From contig NZ_JBLWEO010000022.1 in NCBI RefSeq assembly GCF_048287395.1, positions 641 through 24,640 of the forward strand: a DNA stretch of 24,000 nt. The letters run 5' to 3'. The translations under genes and the position numbers were made by a program. Position 1 is the stretch's first letter. Each line of letters begins with the position of its first letter. The notes under the pieces were generated by a model that worked only from the letters and a program-made list of their open reading frames with translations, had not been told where the DNA came from and made no database searches. This DNA comes from Candidatus Electronema sp. PJ. Lineage in GTDB: Bacteria > Desulfobacterota > Desulfobulbia > Desulfobulbales > Desulfobulbaceae. Shown one piece after another: positions 21,861 through 24,000 of the stretch.

Positions 21861-24000
21861 TTCACAATCCGCACCAGCTCCGCCTGCTCGTCCTGCAAAC
21901 CAAACACCGCTGCCAGCGTATCCCTTGGCCCGACACCCGCCTCGGCGCAGGGATGATAGAGGTCAAGCAGCAGCCTGCCGCCTTCGCCCAGCTCCAGCTT
22001 CCTGACGAACTCCTTCAGATCAAACTCACGGCTTTTACCCTTGCGGCGGCGTTCCAGCAGGAAGCGTTCCGTGATCTGAAAGGCGGCGATGCTGTCTCTT
22101 GCCTGCTCTGCATCCACACCCTCCGGCAGCAGGCAGTCATAGCTGATGATCTCATTGACCGGGGCTTTTTTCTTGGCCAAAGCAAGGGCAGTGATCGCCA
22201 TGAAGCTCGGCAGCTGGCGGTTCAGCTCGGCCATGACCTCCGCCGGGCGGCGGACAGGTTCAGCCAGATCAACCTCAAAGAACTCCATCTCGCTTTCCAC
22301 GCCCACCGGCAAGGCCGGGCTGAAGGTGACGCGCGGCGTTGGATTGAAGCCCTGCGAGAAGAGCACCGGCAGCCCGGCCCGCTGCAAGGCGCGGAAGACG
22401 AGGTTGAGCAGCTCCAGATGCCCAATGAAGCGGCCGTCGCCAAGGCGTGAGTAATCGGCGCGGTAGCGGAAAATGGTCGGCTGACTGTTCTTGTCCCGCT
22501 CTTGCTTAGGAACCGCAGGCCCGGTGCTTGCTGCTGCCTCCTTTGGCGGATTGACCAGCGGCCTGATGCTCTTGAAATCACAGAGGCCGCAGTTCTGGCA
22601 GCCCTGATTGCGGCAGTCAGGGGTATAAGCGCGCTCCATCGCTCGCTCGTATTCGCGCTCCAAGAAACTGCGGTCAACACCACTGCTGAGGTGATCCCAA
22701 GGCAGGACTTCGCTGCGGTCGCGCTGACGCAGGTAGAATTCGAGATCAATGCCGACGCGCTCCGCCGCCTGCTGCCAGCGGGCGAGCGAGAAATGCTCGT
22801 TCCAGCCGTCGAGCCGCGCTCCGTCCCGCCACGCCTCTTCCAATAAACGAGAAAGCCTGCGGTCGCCGCGCGAGAACACGCCTTCGAGCAGGCATTGCTC
22901 CGGGTCGTGCCACTTGAGCTTGTAGCCCTTGGGCGGCAGCTTCTTCATCAGCCGCTGGATGCGCTCTTTGGACTCATCGAGCGAAATCTGGCTGCACCAC
23001 TGGAACGGCGTGTGCGGCTTCGGCACAAAGGTGGAAACCGAGACGTTGATGTCCGCTTTCTTGCCGCTGGCCTCGCGCCGCGCCCGCGCCGCCAAGTCAA
23101 CTATCGCGTCCACATCCTCCAGCGTCTCGGTGGGCAGGCCAATCATGAAATAAAACTTGAGCACGCTCCAGCCCGCATTGAAGGCATCGCGGCAGCCTGC
23201 GAGCAAGTCGGCCTCGGTGATGCCCTTGTTGATCACCTCGCGCAGCCGGTCAGTGCCTGCTTCCGGCGCGACCGTGAAGCCGGTCTTGCGCACTCGCCTA
23301 ATCTGGGCAATCACCTCTGGGGTGAGGGTGCCAACCCGCATCGAGGGCAGAGAGATCGAGACGCGCTCCTCGGCGAAGCGGTCCATCAGCTTGGTCAGCA
23401 GCTCCGGCAGGCAGGAGTAGTCGCCGGTGGAGAGCGAGAGCAGGGCCAGCTCGCCAAAGCCGGAGTTCTGAATGCCCTGCTCGGCCAGCTGCATCACCTG
23501 CTCAACCGTGCGTTCGCGCACCGGACGGTAGATCATCCCGGCCTGGCAGAAGCGGCAGCCGCGTGTGCAGCCCCGCGCAATCTCCACGCCGAGGCGGTCA
23601 TGCACCGGCTTGACCATCGGCACGAGCGGGCGTTCGAGCAGCTCGGTCGGCGGCAGTTGCGGGACAATACGGCGGCGAATGTGTGTATAGCCCGGCTTGA
23701 GCGGGATGACAGCCTTGAGCTGCTGGCCTTCATACTGCGGCTCAAAGAAGGACGGCACGTACACGCCCGCAATCTCCGCCAGCCGGTGCAGCTTTTCTTG
23801 GCGCGAGAGGCCGTCACGCTTGGCCGCACGCAAGGCAGCCGCAATCTCCAGAATCACCTCCTCGCCGTCACCAAGGACAACAGCATCAAAGAAATCCGCC
23901 AGCGGCTCCGGGTTCATCGAGCAGGAGCCGCCGCCGATGACCAAGGGCGCGTCCTCGCCGCGCTCCGCCGCCCGCAGCGGAATCTGCGCCAGATCAAGGA
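21839..24000 (-). CDS. Radical SAM protein, B12-binding-like N-domain plus fused DUF2344-type C-domain (TIGR03960/TIGR03936-like), 5' partial
   Basis: CTRGCRFCQAG is the CxxxCxxC radical-SAM motif. The C-terminal ~230 aa (IFRYRADYSRLGDGRFIGHLELLNLVFRALQRAGLPV..FSQGFNP) resemble DUF2344. The reading frame stays open to nt 24000, so the track start at 23944 (a TTG) is an artefact. Confidence 0.88.
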   Translation of the reverse strand, partial: LDLAQIPLRAAERGEDAPLVIGGGSCSMNPEPLADFFDAVVLGDGEEVILEIAAALRAAKRDGLSRQEKLHRLAEIAGVYVPSFFEPQYEGQQLKAVIPLKPGYTHIRRRIVPQLPPTELLERPLVPMVKPVHDRLGVEIARGCTRGCRFCQAGMIYRPVRERTVEQVMQLAEQGIQNSGFGELALLSLSTGDYSCLPELLTKLMDRFAEERVSISLPSMRVGTLTPEVIAQIRRVRKTGFTVAPEAGTDRLREVINKGITEADLLAGCRDAFNAGWSVLKFYFMIGLPTETLEDVDAIVDLAARARREASGKKADINVSVSTFVPKPHTPFQWCSQISLDESKERIQRLMKKLPPKGYKLKWHDPEQCLLEGVFSRGDRRLSRLLEEAWRDGARLDGWNEHFSLARWQQAAERVGIDLEFYLRQRDRSEVLPWDHLSSGVDRSFLEREYERAMERAYTPDCRNQGCQNCGLCDFKSIRPLVNPPKEAAASTGPAVPKQERDKNSQPTIFRYRADYSRLGDGRFIGHLELLNLVFRALQRAGLPVLFSQGFNPTPRVTFSPALPVGVESEMEFFEVDLAEPVRRPAEVMAELNRQLPSFMAITALALAKKKAPVNEIISYDCLLPEGVDAEQARDSIAAFQITERFLLERRRKGKSREFDLKEFVRKLELGEGGRLLLDLYHPCAEAGVGPRDTLAAVFGLQDEQAELVRIVKMGVREA
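21861..21877. repeat. 17-nt direct repeat, right copy (inside the radical-SAM 3' end)
   Basis: An exact match to 21118-21134. It encodes LVRIV of the intact protein. Confidence 0.8.

Noticed and set aside
23942-23944. The ORF-track start of the radical-SAM gene at 23944, and similar TTG/GTG-extended starts at 15212, 9428, 20453, 20530, 12003 and 3342
   Set aside because: At 23944 the frame continues open to the window edge and the upstream residues (LDLAQIPLRAAERGEDAPL) still look like part of the protein. At the other sites, downstream ATG codons give better SD spacing or N-termini that match the family.

Overview
This looks like a chromosomal segment. I saw no rRNA, tRNA, CRISPR array, transposase or integrase, and almost all genes are on the minus strand. 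The recognisable housekeeping genes are trpC, an SGNH/GDSL hydrolase, grpE-dnaK, mltG, a DEAD-box helicase, ahcY, folE2, a PBP4-type peptidase and a large radical-SAM protein that runs off the right edge. Accessory material sits between them.

Three things stand out.

1. At 9.7-13.6 kb there are two paralogous secreted proteins. Each combines a very cysteine-dense repeat region with a well-conserved C-terminal domain that looks like a small outer-membrane beta-barrel. One of them has five regular 28-aa modules of six Cys each. The pair is bracketed by an orphan SdhC/FrdC-type membrane cytochrome b and a monocistronic cytochrome c551-like gene. I cannot assign the Cys-repeat proteins to any family I know.

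2. Two unrelated families of intergenic tandem repeats keep a strict 21-nt register. Family A occurs at 1185-1415 and 7290-7646, with a fragment at about 9621-9662. Family B occurs at 15477-15875. Units switch polarity within an array, which creates long hairpins.

3. In two places a small cargo lies between an intact gene 3' end and a decayed copy of that same 3' end. One cargo is a DinJ-YafQ module behind a membrane-anchored TPR gene. The other is an AT-rich single-gene islet behind the radical-SAM gene, flanked by an exact 17-nt direct repeat.

The taxon cannot be determined without a database search. All functional calls rest on my recognition of protein motifs, not on any search.
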